From an uncultured Sphaerobacteraceae bacterium (GTDB lineage: Bacteria > Chloroflexota > Chloroflexia > Thermomicrobiales > UBA6265), in assembly GCA_964610045.1 (NCBI GenBank), contig CAZSUN010000002.1:40925-104924 (forward strand): a DNA stretch of 64,000 nucleotides, read 5' to 3'. The notes beneath the pieces were generated by a model. The model had not been told where the DNA came from, ran no database searches, and was given only the letters and a program-made list of their open reading frames with translations. How positions within the stretch are numbered: the first letter of the stretch is position 1; each line of letters opens with the position of its first letter. This document shows positions 1 to 9,524 of the stretch, one piece after another. The position numbers and the translations under genes were made by a program.

Positions 1-60
1 TGCCGCGGGGAGCGTCAATCCACAATCAGGGCAACTGGTTTGCGTCACGGGAAACCGGCC

Positions 61-1461
61 TCACTTTTCATTTAGTGACAGGACCGCGGCGCGAAACCGG
101 GCTCCGCGGTCGAACTCGTTTCGAAACAAACCGAAGCTGGCGCAAGCAGGACACAGTGCGACGATATCGCCGTCTTTGGCCGCGGCCTGGGCCGATGCGA
201 CCGCCGCTTCCATCGTTTCGTGTGGCCCGGTGCTCGGGATCGACCGGGCTTCGATCATGGTTCGCAATCCGGGAGTCGCTGTTCCGTCGAGCAAATGGAC
301 GACCGCCCCGGCCCCGGCCAGCGCATCGGCAAACGGAGCAAGATCGATTCGCTTGTCCGCACCGCCGGCGATGATGTGAAGCGTCCGCGCTCTCGGCGCG
401 AGGACATTCACCCCCGCCACCGCCGCGACGGGAGCGGTCGCTGACGTGTCGTTGACCCAGGTCACGCCATCGATGGTGGCCACGGTCTCCAGCCGGTTGT
501 CCACCCCGGCGAAGGTGGATAGACCATCCAGAACCGCTTCGGGCGGTGCACCGTAGGCGATGGAGGCCGCCATCGCTGCCAGCGCATTCCGGGCGCCGTG
601 GTCACCCGCCAGCGAGAGATGCGAGGGTCGATCAGCCGACACCACCAGATCGCCAGTATCGACAATCAGCCGGTCTCCCGCCAGCCACGCACCAGGCCCA
701 CGGTTCGCCCCCACCCCGAATCGAATGATCCGTGCGCTGGTGATGCCGGCGATCCCAGCCGTGTTCGGATCGTCCGCATTGATGACCGCCACGTCATCGG
801 TATGCATCCACTTTGCCATGTCTCGTTTGGTGTCGGCATAGTGCTCGAAATCGCGATATCGATCGAGGTGATCCGGAGAGATGTTGGTAAACACTGCCAC
901 GTGCGGGGCCAGATGGTGGTCATTGAGCGACTCGATCTGGAAACTGGAGAGTTCGATTGCCACTGGCGTAGTGGGCGTCAATCGATCCAGTTCCAGCAGT
1001 GCCGGCACTCCCATGTTGCCGGCCAGCAGCGATTGGGGTTTCCAGCCGGTGAGGATCCTGCCAATAAGTGCCGAGACCGTGGTCTTCCCCTTGGTGCCGG
1101 TCACTCCGATGATCGGCGATGGGCAAGCCCGGAAGAAGACGGACATCTCCATCTCGATCCGGACACCCGACTCGCTCGCCGCCGCCAGATATGGCGAGTC
1201 CATCGGTACGCCAGGATTCCGCATCACAATGTCCGCGCCGGCAGACGTGAAATCCTCGAGCCGATGTCCACCAAGGTGGTAGGTGATCGGCAGGTCGCCG
1301 AGTTGGGCGATCGAACCGGACAGGGCCGCTTCATCCCGCATGTCCGTAACCGTAACGATGGCCCCCTGATTGGCGAACCAACGTGCGGTGCCGACCCCGC
1401 CGCCGAGCACACCGAGACCCATCACGGTCACGCGCTTTCCGGCATACACACGCGCGCCCAT
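61..1461 (-). CDS. murD: UDP-N-acetylmuramoylalanine--D-glutamate ligase (MurD)
   Basis: 466-aa ORF. N-terminal GLGVLGGG nucleotide-binding fold and Mur-ligase P-loop GVTGTKGKTT. Lies immediately downstream of mraY (1461/1462 abut). Confidence 0.9.
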   Translation of the reverse strand: MGARVYAGKRVTVMGLGVLGGGVGTARWFANQGAIVTVTDMRDEAALSGSIAQLGDLPITYHLGGHRLEDFTSAGADIVMRNPGVPMDSPYLAAASESGVRIEMEMSVFFRACPSPIIGVTGTKGKTTVSALIGRILTGWKPQSLLAGNMGVPALLELDRLTPTTPVAIELSSFQIESLNDHHLAPHVAVFTNISPDHLDRYRDFEHYADTKRDMAKWMHTDDVAVINADDPNTAGIAGITSARIIRFGVGANRGPGAWLAGDRLIVDTGDLVVSADRPSHLSLAGDHGARNALAAMAASIAYGAPPEAVLDGLSTFAGVDNRLETVATIDGVTWVNDTSATAPVAAVAGVNVLAPRARTLHIIAGGADKRIDLAPFADALAGAGAVVHLLDGTATPGLRTMIEARSIPSTGPHETMEAAVASAQAAAKDGDIVALCPACASFGLFRNEFDRGARFRAAVLSLNEK

Positions 1462-2496
1462 CTAGAGCAAGGCCAGAGCAACGCCGAGAAGGCCCGCCAT
1501 CATACCGGCCAGCGCGAAACGCATCGTAATCTGTGTGTCGGACCAACCGATCAATTCGAAGTGGTGATGGAGTGGCGCCATCTTGAAAATCCGCTTGCCT
1601 CCAGACCGCTTGTAGTAACTCACCTGGATCATCACCGAGAGCGTTTCCGCCACGAACACCGCGCCGACGATCGGCAGCAATAGCCATTGCCCGGTCATGA
1701 ACGCCGCCGTGGCCAGCGAAGCGCCGATGGCCAGCGAGCCGGTGTCCCCCATGAAGACCTGGGCCGGCTGGGCGTTGAACCAGAGGAATCCCGCCAGGGC
1801 GCCCACCATGATGAAGCAGAACGTCACAACCCCGAGCTGACCCTGGCGGTAGGCGATGATACCGTAGGCGCAGAACGCAATGGCGGAGGTGATGGCAGCC
1901 AGGGTATCCATGCCATCGGTGAAGTTCACGGCATTTGCCATCGCCACCACGGCGAACGCCGCGATCGGAAGATAGAGGAACCCCATGTCGATCCGGCCAA
2001 TGAACGGGACGTAGACATGATGGAGCCCAAGGCCGTACGGATCCGGGAGCCACAGGATCAGGCCGGCAATCACACCGACCATCACCAACCATATGAATTT
2101 GAACCTGGCGGTCATCCCGGTTTTCTGGCCACCAACCAGATTCATCCGATCGTCGATCGCGCCGAGAACGGCTGCCGCCACCAATACCCCAACCGGGAGA
2201 AGCATCGAGAGTCGGCCCGCAGTATTGAAAATCAGGGTGATGATGACGGCGGAAAACGTGAAGATCAACCCACCCATCGTGGGCGTGCCGGTTTTCCCTA
2301 ATTGCTGATTGAGTTCGATACGCACCTTTTTTCCATAGCCGTGGGTGCGCAGCCAGGTGATCATCGGACGACCGATGATCAGCGTGATCGAAAAGGCCAG
2401 CGCCGCCAGCGCCAGCGATACCGCCATGTTCTCGTTCGGATCGGTCGGCATCACCTCGACGATCGCCATCCGGCTCACCGCGATATCGGGTGTCAT
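1462..2496 (-). CDS. mraY: phospho-N-acetylmuramoyl-pentapeptide transferase (MraY)
   Basis: 344-aa polytopic membrane ORF with MraY-like blocks (NAVNFTDGMDTLA, FMGDTGSLAIG, MAPLHHHFE). Its start overlaps the murF stop by 4 nt. Confidence 0.9.
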   Translation of the reverse strand: MTPDIAVSRMAIVEVMPTDPNENMAVSLALAALAFSITLIIGRPMITWLRTHGYGKKVRIELNQQLGKTGTPTMGGLIFTFSAVIITLIFNTAGRLSMLLPVGVLVAAAVLGAIDDRMNLVGGQKTGMTARFKFIWLVMVGVIAGLILWLPDPYGLGLHHVYVPFIGRIDMGFLYLPIAAFAVVAMANAVNFTDGMDTLAAITSAIAFCAYGIIAYRQGQLGVVTFCFIMVGALAGFLWFNAQPAQVFMGDTGSLAIGASLATAAFMTGQWLLLPIVGAVFVAETLSVMIQVSYYKRSGGKRIFKMAPLHHHFELIGWSDTQITMRFALAGMMAGLLGVALALL

Positions 2497-3941
2497 GGTT
2501 CGCCTGCCCCGCCGTGCCCCGCCCTGGCAGACTTGGGCTGTTCCACATCCGAGCGCAGGTCGCGAACCATGGTTTCCATGGCAAGACCGCGGGAACCCTT
2601 GAAGAGCACAACGTCACCTTCACGAAGCGACGTACGCAGCAGGGAGACGATTTCATCCTTCTGGCCGTCGGTATACGACCGTACATCGAACTCATCGGCG
2701 ACTGGCCGCATCGCGCGCGCCTCGTCGGCGATCAGCGTCGCCATCGAGCCGTAGGTCACCAGCATGTCAACGACATCCGCCGCACGACGTCCCACCACTC
2801 GATGCTCGTCATCGGAAATCGATCCGAGTTCCCGCATGTCTCCCAACACGGCAATGCGCCGCTGCGCCGGGATTTCTTCCAGCAGGCTGAGGGCAGACAA
2901 CACTGACGGCGTCGACGCGTTGTAGGTGTCATCGATCAGGTCCGAACCTGACGGCCCGGGCGCGACCAGTAACCGGACCTGGGTCGCCGGATCCTGCAAG
3001 CCGGTCAGCATCTCGGAAATATGCATGCCACAGGCATGCCCCACAGCAAGCGCGACCAGCGCAACCTGGACGCCGTGCGCACCGACGAACGGGACTTTCA
3101 CGAAGAACCGCTCACCGGCGACGGTCAGCCAGAAGCTGGTGCCTTTGAGTCCATCTGTCGAGACCTGCTCGGCACGGACATGGTTGTCCGGACCGAGACC
3201 GTAGAACACCACACGGGCAGACGTTCGTAACGCCATCGCCCGCACACGATGGTCATCACCGTTCAACACGGCTATCCCGTCTGGCGGCAAGGACTCCACC
3301 AGCTCGGTTTTGGTTTCGGCGATCGCTTCGATCGATCCCATCCGTTCGAGATGGACGGGGTAGACGTTGGTGACCACGCCAATGCGGGGTTCGGCGATGC
3401 CCGCCAGCAATGTCAGTTCGCCGAACGCGTAGGCTCCGCCCATTTCGAGCACCATCGCTTCGACATCGTCTTCGGCTTCCAGCAGCGACAACGGCAGGCC
3501 GATCTCGTTGTTGTAGCTCCCGGGGCTTTTGTAGACGCGGTGTGTCTGGCCCAGGACTGCGGCGATCGATTCCTTCGCGCTTGTCTTGCCGATGCTACCG
3601 GTCACGCCAACGACCGTTACGTCAAGCCGGTCACGACGCCATTTCGCCCACCGCTGGAGCGCGGCGATGGTGTCATCGACCACGATCAGGGGTATGCCGG
3701 GATCGCCGGCCGCATCGGCCCACGTGCGCGACACGATCGCCGCGGCCGCGCCGTTCTGCACCGCGTCGGCGGTGAAGTCGTTGCCATCGAACCGTTCACC
3801 ACGAATGCCGATGTAGAGATCACCAGCATGCACTTGCCGAGCGTCCCTGACCAGCGATGGAAACATCAACGTTGATGGGGCAGTGCCTCGCAACTCCCCG
3901 CCGGTACCGGCGAGGATGTCCTTCAGTCGATAGCGCGTCAT
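2493..3941 (-). CDS. murF: UDP-N-acetylmuramoyl-tripeptide--D-alanyl-D-alanine ligase (MurF)
   Basis: 482-aa ORF. Mur-ligase P-loop VVGVTGSIGKTSAKE and MurF-like N-terminus (RDARQVHAGDLYIGIRGERFDGNDF). Its start overlaps the rsmH stop by 4 nt. Confidence 0.9.
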   Translation of the reverse strand: MTRYRLKDILAGTGGELRGTAPSTLMFPSLVRDARQVHAGDLYIGIRGERFDGNDFTADAVQNGAAAAIVSRTWADAAGDPGIPLIVVDDTIAALQRWAKWRRDRLDVTVVGVTGSIGKTSAKESIAAVLGQTHRVYKSPGSYNNEIGLPLSLLEAEDDVEAMVLEMGGAYAFGELTLLAGIAEPRIGVVTNVYPVHLERMGSIEAIAETKTELVESLPPDGIAVLNGDDHRVRAMALRTSARVVFYGLGPDNHVRAEQVSTDGLKGTSFWLTVAGERFFVKVPFVGAHGVQVALVALAVGHACGMHISEMLTGLQDPATQVRLLVAPGPSGSDLIDDTYNASTPSVLSALSLLEEIPAQRRIAVLGDMRELGSISDDEHRVVGRRAADVVDMLVTYGSMATLIADEARAMRPVADEFDVRSYTDGQKDEIVSLLRTSLREGDVVLFKGSRGLAMETMVRDLRSDVEQPKSARAGHGGAGEP

Positions 3942-4945
3942 TCAGTGGTTCCTCGCCAGTTGGACGAGCCATCAGGTTCCAACCGTTCAGCAACGCGCAT
4001 GATCGCACTTCGGCTTCGAGGATTGCGTCGCTGTTCGGTACTGTCTGGACGAATGGCACGTCCAATGCGTTTCATTCTGGGAACAGTCTCGCACGTACAC
4101 ATCGGTTGAGCGGGAGGACACACGCATGTCCGCGATTCGGCGTCGATCCATCGTTTGACGATGCGGTCTTCCAGCGAGTGAAACGAGACCACCACGATCC
4201 TGCCACCTGGGGAAAGGCGGTTCACGGTCGTATCCAGGGCTTGTTCGAGCGCACCGAGTTCATCATTCACAGCGATTCGCAACGCCTGAAATGTCCGGGT
4301 CGCGGGGTGGATCGTGCCGCCCTTTCGACCTCCAACCGCTGTTTCGACAATTGCGGCGAGCTGGCGGGTCGATTCGATCGGCGACGATGCCCGGGCTGAG
4401 ACGATCGCAGAAGCGATCCTCCGCGACTTCCGTTCTTCACCGTACTTCCAAATCGTGGCGGCGAGTTCCTGCTCGGCGAGCGTGTTGACGAGGTCGGCTG
4501 CGGAGGTTCCGTTGGACCGGTCGAATCGCATGTCGAGCGGCGCGTCGGCACGGAATGAGAATCCCCTCTCACCCTCGTCGAACTGGAACGATGAAACTCC
4601 CAGGTCGAAGAGAGCCCCGTCGATGGTGGCTATTTCCAGGCGATCGAGGATGCTCGCGATGTTGCGGAAATTGTCGTGCACGAACACGAACCGGCCATTC
4701 CTGTCATCCGCCTTGAAGGCGTCCACCGCGCGCTGTTCGGCGTCGAGGTCGGCATCGATGGCGATGACCTTGCCAACCGGTGGTGACCACGCCAGGAGCT
4801 GGCCTGTATGCCCGCCGCCGCCAAAGGTACCGTCCACATAGGTGCCACCCGTCACTGGTGCCAGCGAAGCGACGGCTTCGTCCAGCAGCACCGTGATGTG
4901 TCCCTGGGAGGGCTCGGAGACGGATTGTGGGAGCGTGACCATCAT
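3938..4945 (-). CDS. rsmH: 16S rRNA (cytosine1402-N4)-methyltransferase (RsmH/MraW)
   Basis: 335-aa ORF. Carries the HITVLLDEAV...YVDGTFGGGGHT SAM-binding signature typical of RsmH, and sits at the head of the dcw-type block. Confidence 0.88.
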   Translation of the reverse strand: MMVTLPQSVSEPSQGHITVLLDEAVASLAPVTGGTYVDGTFGGGGHTGQLLAWSPPVGKVIAIDADLDAEQRAVDAFKADDRNGRFVFVHDNFRNIASILDRLEIATIDGALFDLGVSSFQFDEGERGFSFRADAPLDMRFDRSNGTSAADLVNTLAEQELAATIWKYGEERKSRRIASAIVSARASSPIESTRQLAAIVETAVGGRKGGTIHPATRTFQALRIAVNDELGALEQALDTTVNRLSPGGRIVVVSFHSLEDRIVKRWIDAESRTCVCPPAQPMCTCETVPRMKRIGRAIRPDSTEQRRNPRSRSAIMRVAERLEPDGSSNWRGTTE

Positions 4946-5101
4946 GTAGGCATCCGGGATTTGGGGAACCTGGCAGGAAAGTGTGTGCGTACGAACGCGG
5001 GGTTGCAGGGTTGGCGGCCTGTTGGCCGATCACCATCGAGATACTACCCCAATTCCGCGATCGCGGTCGCGGAGCTGTCCCCCTCGAATCGAGGTCATCC
5101 G

Positions 5102-6883
5102 CTAGTCGCCAGCTTCATCGGTGATGGTGGCGATTCGCTGGCCGATCGAGACAGAACTCCCGACAGCGATCGCCACGGATTCCAGCAACCCACCCTTGTG
5201 GGCAGGTAGTTCGTTCTCCATTTTCATGGCCTCCACAACCGCTATCATCTGTCCCTGCTGCACGACATCGCCTGACGAAGCCCCAACACGAATCACCGTG
5301 CCGTGGATTGGGCTCACGAGGTCGTCCTGGCTCGCGACAGCCGAGGCTGACGTGGAAGCCCGACGACGTGCACGTCGGTTCGCCGTTTCACCGCGAGTGG
5401 GTGACGCCACCAGGCCTCGGACGGTCGTCTCGAAGCGCCGTCCATCCACCTCGATCAGGAGCGAGAGAGGATGATGCGCTTCGCCTTCCTCACCGGCATC
5501 CGGGGCAACCGGGTCGACAGCCGGCGGTATCGTCTCGGGATGCTCTGCCAGGAATGAGGTCGTTGTATCGCCATCGCGGAATGCCTGGCTGGCGATCACG
5601 CGTTGGTGAAATGGAATCGTGGTCGGAACGCCGGTAAGCGCGAAATCGTCCAGCGCTCGAGCCATCCGGCCGATCGCCTCCGGTCGATCGCGACCCCACG
5701 TCACCAACTTGGCGATCATGGAATCGTAAGCTGGCAGGATCTCGTCACCAGCACTGAGGGCGCCATCAACCCGCACGCCAAACCCCGCCGGTTCCCGGTA
5801 AGTGGTCACCCGTCCGGGTGCGGGTGCGAAGTCCCGGCCCGGGTCTTCGGCATTGATGCGGCACTCGATGGCCCACCCGCGAGACCCGATCGACGACTGG
5901 TCGAACGACAGAGGTTTCCCTTCCGCCACCCTGAGCTGCTCGCGTACCAAATCGATCCCCGTCACCATTTCTGTCACGGTGTGTTCGACCTGGATTCGAG
6001 TGTTCATCTCGAGAAAATAGAACTCACCCTGCTCATCGACAAGGAACTCCACCGTGCCGGCGCCGACATAGTCCACCTCCCGCGCGAGGGCGACGGCGGC
6101 GCCAAACAGCCGTTGCCGTAGTTCGTCACCGATGGCTGCGGAGGGTGACTCCTCGACCAGCTTCTGGTGCCGGCGCTGGATCGAGCACTCTCGTTCCCCG
6201 AGCGCAACCACGTTACCGTGTGTATCCGCCATCAGTTGCACTTCGATGTGTCTTGGACGCTCCAAATACCGCTCCAGATAGACTTCGGGGTTGCGGAAGT
6301 AACGTTCAGCCTCGCCACTGGCACCCTCGAACGCAGACGGCAGTTCATCCTCTGCGCGAGCAACGCGAAATCCGCGACCTCCCCCGCCGCCGGCTGCTTT
6401 CACTGCAATCGGGTATCCGATTGCAGCGGCGGCGTCCCTTGCCGCGTGCACGTCCGTAACTGGCTCGGCCGTACCCGGCACGAACGGCACACCCGCGCGG
6501 CCAGCGAGACTCCTGGCCGCGATCTTGTCGCCCATTGTCCGGATGGCGTTGGACGTCGGACCCACGAATGTGATTCCGGAGGCAGTGACCGCGTCGGCGA
6601 AATCGCCGTTCTCGGAGAGAAATCCATAGCCGGGATGGACGGCGTCAACCCTCATCCGGACGGCTGCCTGCAGGACCGCCTCGATATCGAGATAGGGAAC
6701 GTTGGCGCCGGAATGCAGCCGGACCGCATCGACGGCATACCGGACATGTGGCGCAGTTTCCTCGTGATCCCCATAGATAGCGATCGGCGTGATGCCCATC
6801 TCGCGACAGGTCCGCATGATCCTGAGCGCGATTTCCCCTCGATTCGCTACCAGGAGCCGCGTGATTTTTCGCATATTCGGCAT
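5102..6883 (-). CDS. acyl-CoA carboxylase alpha subunit (biotin carboxylase + C-terminal biotinyl/BCCP domain)
   Basis: Biotin carboxylase N-terminus MRKITRLLVANRGEIALRI, an ATP-grasp core, and C-terminal EAMKMENEL biotinylation motif. I trimmed the ORF-track start (7177) to the ATG at 6883, which has a GGGAGCG Shine-Dalgarno 5 nt upstream. The removed 98 codons are Arg/Ser/Gly-rich and not protein-like. Confidence 0.85.
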   Translation of the reverse strand: MPNMRKITRLLVANRGEIALRIMRTCREMGITPIAIYGDHEETAPHVRYAVDAVRLHSGANVPYLDIEAVLQAAVRMRVDAVHPGYGFLSENGDFADAVTASGITFVGPTSNAIRTMGDKIAARSLAGRAGVPFVPGTAEPVTDVHAARDAAAAIGYPIAVKAAGGGGGRGFRVARAEDELPSAFEGASGEAERYFRNPEVYLERYLERPRHIEVQLMADTHGNVVALGERECSIQRRHQKLVEESPSAAIGDELRQRLFGAAVALAREVDYVGAGTVEFLVDEQGEFYFLEMNTRIQVEHTVTEMVTGIDLVREQLRVAEGKPLSFDQSSIGSRGWAIECRINAEDPGRDFAPAPGRVTTYREPAGFGVRVDGALSAGDEILPAYDSMIAKLVTWGRDRPEAIGRMARALDDFALTGVPTTIPFHQRVIASQAFRDGDTTTSFLAEHPETIPPAVDPVAPDAGEEGEAHHPLSLLIEVDGRRFETTVRGLVASPTRGETANRRARRRASTSASAVASQDDLVSPIHGTVIRVGASSGDVVQQGQMIAVVEAMKMENELPAHKGGLLESVAIAVGSSVSIGQRIATITDEAGD

Positions 6884-7041
6884 GTTTTCGCTCCCAGACG
6901 GACGTTGCCACCCAATCGGCAGATGGTACCAGCGTTCCTGTTCTCCATCGTCAATCCGGACGAACCGCCGGTTTGGTATACATGCACCTGCACGGTGCGA
7001 ATATCTCCCGCCGGCACCCGAGCTTCCGCCTATCAGACAGG

Positions 7042-7974
7042 ATGTGGCGCTGCGTGCGACCCGATCCCCAATCTCGTCGCCTGCGGCCGCTCTTGACGAG
7101 ACTCGCCTCCATCCACAAGAGCGTATTGCTGTTGGTGCTTGCGTCAATCGGGATCGCATTCGCGCTGGGCCTGCCACACCCTACATCAGCCCAGCCAGTC
7201 GACTCCGGTTGGCAAGTCGTGGCGGACCGAGCCGGAATCCTGGATGAGGGTCAGTACAGTTCAGCGGTTGGCGACGCCAATCGCCTCAACCAGTACGGCA
7301 TTCCCATTCAGATCGTCACCGAGCGCACCGGCTACACCCAGGATCAGGCGACTGCCAGGGCGAACGAATTGCGCCAGACCAACGGGGTCGAGTCTGGTCC
7401 TGGGAAGGATGACGGACTGCTCATCTATGCATCCGTCTCACCAACCGATCCCAGCGATGTCGTGGTGGCGATTTCCGCTGGCAATCATGCGCTACCCGTC
7501 GATGGCTTCTCCGTCGGCGACCTCGACACCATCCGGGAAACCATCGTGACGCCACAGCTTGCCGATGGGCACCCGGCTCGCGCGATCGTGTACGCCCTAC
7601 GGGAGATGATGTATCAGGCGCAGTTCACCCCACCGGCAGGTATACCACTCGCAGAAAGCTGGCAGGAACGACGAAACACGTTCCAGGTGGTGTCGGTGGC
7701 TGTGGTGCTGGCTGCCGGAACGCTCGCCATCGCCACAGCCCGAACGCGGTACTGGGCGATCTCGCTCATCGTCGCCGGTGCGATCTCCCTGGGCATGTTC
7801 GCCCTGTCGGTGGCCTTTCGGAGCGGTCTCGGCATTACCTGCTCGCTCGTGCTCGTGGCACTGGTCATCGGTCTGGCGGTCTGGCGCGATGGTGCTGCCC
7901 TGAACAACGTCCTGGGTCGACGGATCGAGGCCACCCCACGCCCGCCTGGCCGGTTCCGGCCGATTGCCCGATGA
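7042..7974 (+). CDS. TPM-domain membrane protein, copy A (signal peptide + TPM-like domain + C-terminal TM block)
   Basis: Hydrophobic N-terminus ending ...PTSAQP. TPM/TLP18.3-like blocks (AGILDEGQ, IPIQIVTERTGY, DDGLLIYASV, VVVAISAGN). Three to four hydrophobic helices at the C-terminus. Start chosen at the ATG at 7042 and is uncertain. Confidence 0.6.
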   Translation: MWRCVRPDPQSRRLRPLLTRLASIHKSVLLLVLASIGIAFALGLPHPTSAQPVDSGWQVVADRAGILDEGQYSSAVGDANRLNQYGIPIQIVTERTGYTQDQATARANELRQTNGVESGPGKDDGLLIYASVSPTDPSDVVVAISAGNHALPVDGFSVGDLDTIRETIVTPQLADGHPARAIVYALREMMYQAQFTPPAGIPLAESWQERRNTFQVVSVAVVLAAGTLAIATARTRYWAISLIVAGAISLGMFALSVAFRSGLGITCSLVLVALVIGLAVWRDGAALNNVLGRRIEATPRPPGRFRPIAR

Positions 7975-9428
7975 TCGTTCTGCAACGCCCCAATCCCGCC
8001 TCCGAATCACGGAAAACTCGGCGACGACGACGGACTGCTCCCAATGTGAGACCGGTCGTCGTCCTGGGCCATGACCCACGTTCCCGGCGCCAGCGAGTCG
8101 AGCGTTCAGGCATCCTGCTGGTGAGCCAGCCGTGGCATGGCAGTCGTCCCAGGATCCACGTACGCCTCGGCTGGCTCATTCCGCTCGTGTTGTTCCTGTT
8201 TTCCCTCTACCAGAACCTCGGGAACATGGACACGGTGGATTATCACCGCGACGAGGCGCGATGGATCAATCGCGCGTACTTTCTGGAGAGCCTGACCGAT
8301 CCGTTCGGGGAAACCTGGTACGACTATTACACCACCCGCGGCCAGCCTCCGCTCGGCAACTACGTCATGGGGATCGGGCTCCTGCTCCAGGGACGCGACC
8401 TGACCACGAATCGCGTCTGGGACTTCAATTACGATGACGCCTGGAACACCTACGCCGGCGCGATGCCCGACCTCGCCGATCTCAACGCCGGGCGGCGGAC
8501 CAACGCTGTCCTGGGCGCGCTCGTGGTGGTCTGCGTCTATGCCATCGCCTCACGCCTGACGAACCGCGTCGGCGGTGTGGCCGCTGGCTTGTTCCTGAGT
8601 CTCGAACCCCTGCATCTCCGGCTCAGCTCGCAAGCGCTCTCCGACGAACTCCTGGCCCTCCTGCTCTCGCTGTCATTCCTGCAGGCGTGGAAGTTTTCGC
8701 GAAGACCGACACTCGGAAACGGGATTGCCCTGGCAGCACTTCTCGGTCTCGGCGGGGCAGCAAAACTGTCACCGGTGGTGTTGACCCTGCCGCTGGCTGC
8801 GTATGGCGCACTCTGGCTCGTTGTCGCGTTGCGCCGACGCGGCTGGCAGGCGCTTCGCTGGGAGGCGGGACGATTCGGTTGGTTGCTGGTGGCACAACCA
8901 GCCATCGGGTTTGCCGTGTTCGTTCTGGCGAACCCGTATCTCTGGCCCGATCCGATAGGACGGACCCAGGCGATTTACTCATTCAGGCGAAGTGAGATGG
9001 ATGGCCAGGCGTCTGCTTGGCCGATCGCCAGTGTCGACAGCCCTCTCGAGGCGTTTCAGCGGATCGGCCGGCGGTTCAATACCGATTACTCCTCGTCGAT
9101 TCGCGTGCAGGAATGGTTCGCGCACACCGTTTCTCTCGATTTCCACCCGCAACCGCTGGATGTCATTTTCATGGCGGCAGGAGTGATCGTCCTGGTGGCG
9201 ATCGTCGTCCGGCGTGGACTCTGGAGCCCGCATGCCCTCGTCGCCTACCTCATGGCCGCCTCGACGGGAGTCGTCATCGTGGGCATGGGAGTCGACTTCT
9301 ACCGCTATTTCCTGCCATTGCTGGTGGTTCTCAGTGTCTGCGCAGGCGTGGGCGTTGGTGCGTTCTGGTCAGCATCAGCATCACTGGCGAATGCTGTCAG
9401 GCAACGGCACGGAGTTCCGGTCCATTGA
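7971..9428 (+). CDS. GT-C fold glycosyltransferase, ArnT/PMT_2-like, copy A
   Basis: 485-aa polytopic ORF. First-loop acidic motif HRDEARWINRAY resembles the ArnT DEVRYAEISREM motif. Collinear paralogue of 10507..11931. Its ATG overlaps the upstream stop (ATGA at 7971-7974). Confidence 0.65.
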   Translation: MIVLQRPNPASESRKTRRRRRTAPNVRPVVVLGHDPRSRRQRVERSGILLVSQPWHGSRPRIHVRLGWLIPLVLFLFSLYQNLGNMDTVDYHRDEARWINRAYFLESLTDPFGETWYDYYTTRGQPPLGNYVMGIGLLLQGRDLTTNRVWDFNYDDAWNTYAGAMPDLADLNAGRRTNAVLGALVVVCVYAIASRLTNRVGGVAAGLFLSLEPLHLRLSSQALSDELLALLLSLSFLQAWKFSRRPTLGNGIALAALLGLGGAAKLSPVVLTLPLAAYGALWLVVALRRRGWQALRWEAGRFGWLLVAQPAIGFAVFVLANPYLWPDPIGRTQAIYSFRRSEMDGQASAWPIASVDSPLEAFQRIGRRFNTDYSSSIRVQEWFAHTVSLDFHPQPLDVIFMAAGVIVLVAIVVRRGLWSPHALVAYLMAASTGVVIVGMGVDFYRYFLPLLVVLSVCAGVGVGAFWSASASLANAVRQRHGVPVH

Positions 9429-9524
9429 GGACCACCAAGTACAATGCGCTGGTGCCCGCGTGATTGCTGGCCAACCATCTGCCGGGTTTCGATGATGTCC
9501 GTCATCACACTGGAACCACCTCAC

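Noticed and set aside
1-47. Possible start (GTG at 47, minus strand) of the gene downstream of murD running off the window edge.
   Set aside because: Only about 15 codons are visible, which is too little to support a call.
598-1683. 361-aa + strand ORF antisense to murD/mraY. Many similar long antisense ORFs occur across the window, e.g. 1331..2695 (-), 17790..18407 (+), 19146..20138 (+), 30440..31426 (-), 43661..44812 (+) and 45584..46474 (-).
   Set aside because: The translations are Arg/His/Gly/Pro-rich, low in Lys/Ile/Phe and carry no recognisable motifs. The opposite strand or another frame encodes well-recognised proteins across the same span. These are typical stop-poor shadow ORFs of high-GC DNA.
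5102-7177. N-terminal extensions offered by the ORF track. Examples: 98 extra codons on the carboxylase, 60 on glgP, 91 on the Liv SBP, 100 on thiL, 53 on GT-C copy B and 131 on the flippase-like gene.
   Set aside because: The extensions are compositionally aberrant, often overlap the preceding gene, and skip internal starts that have a Shine-Dalgarno sequence and/or a canonical family N-terminus. I trimmed them and flagged the residual uncertainty per gene.
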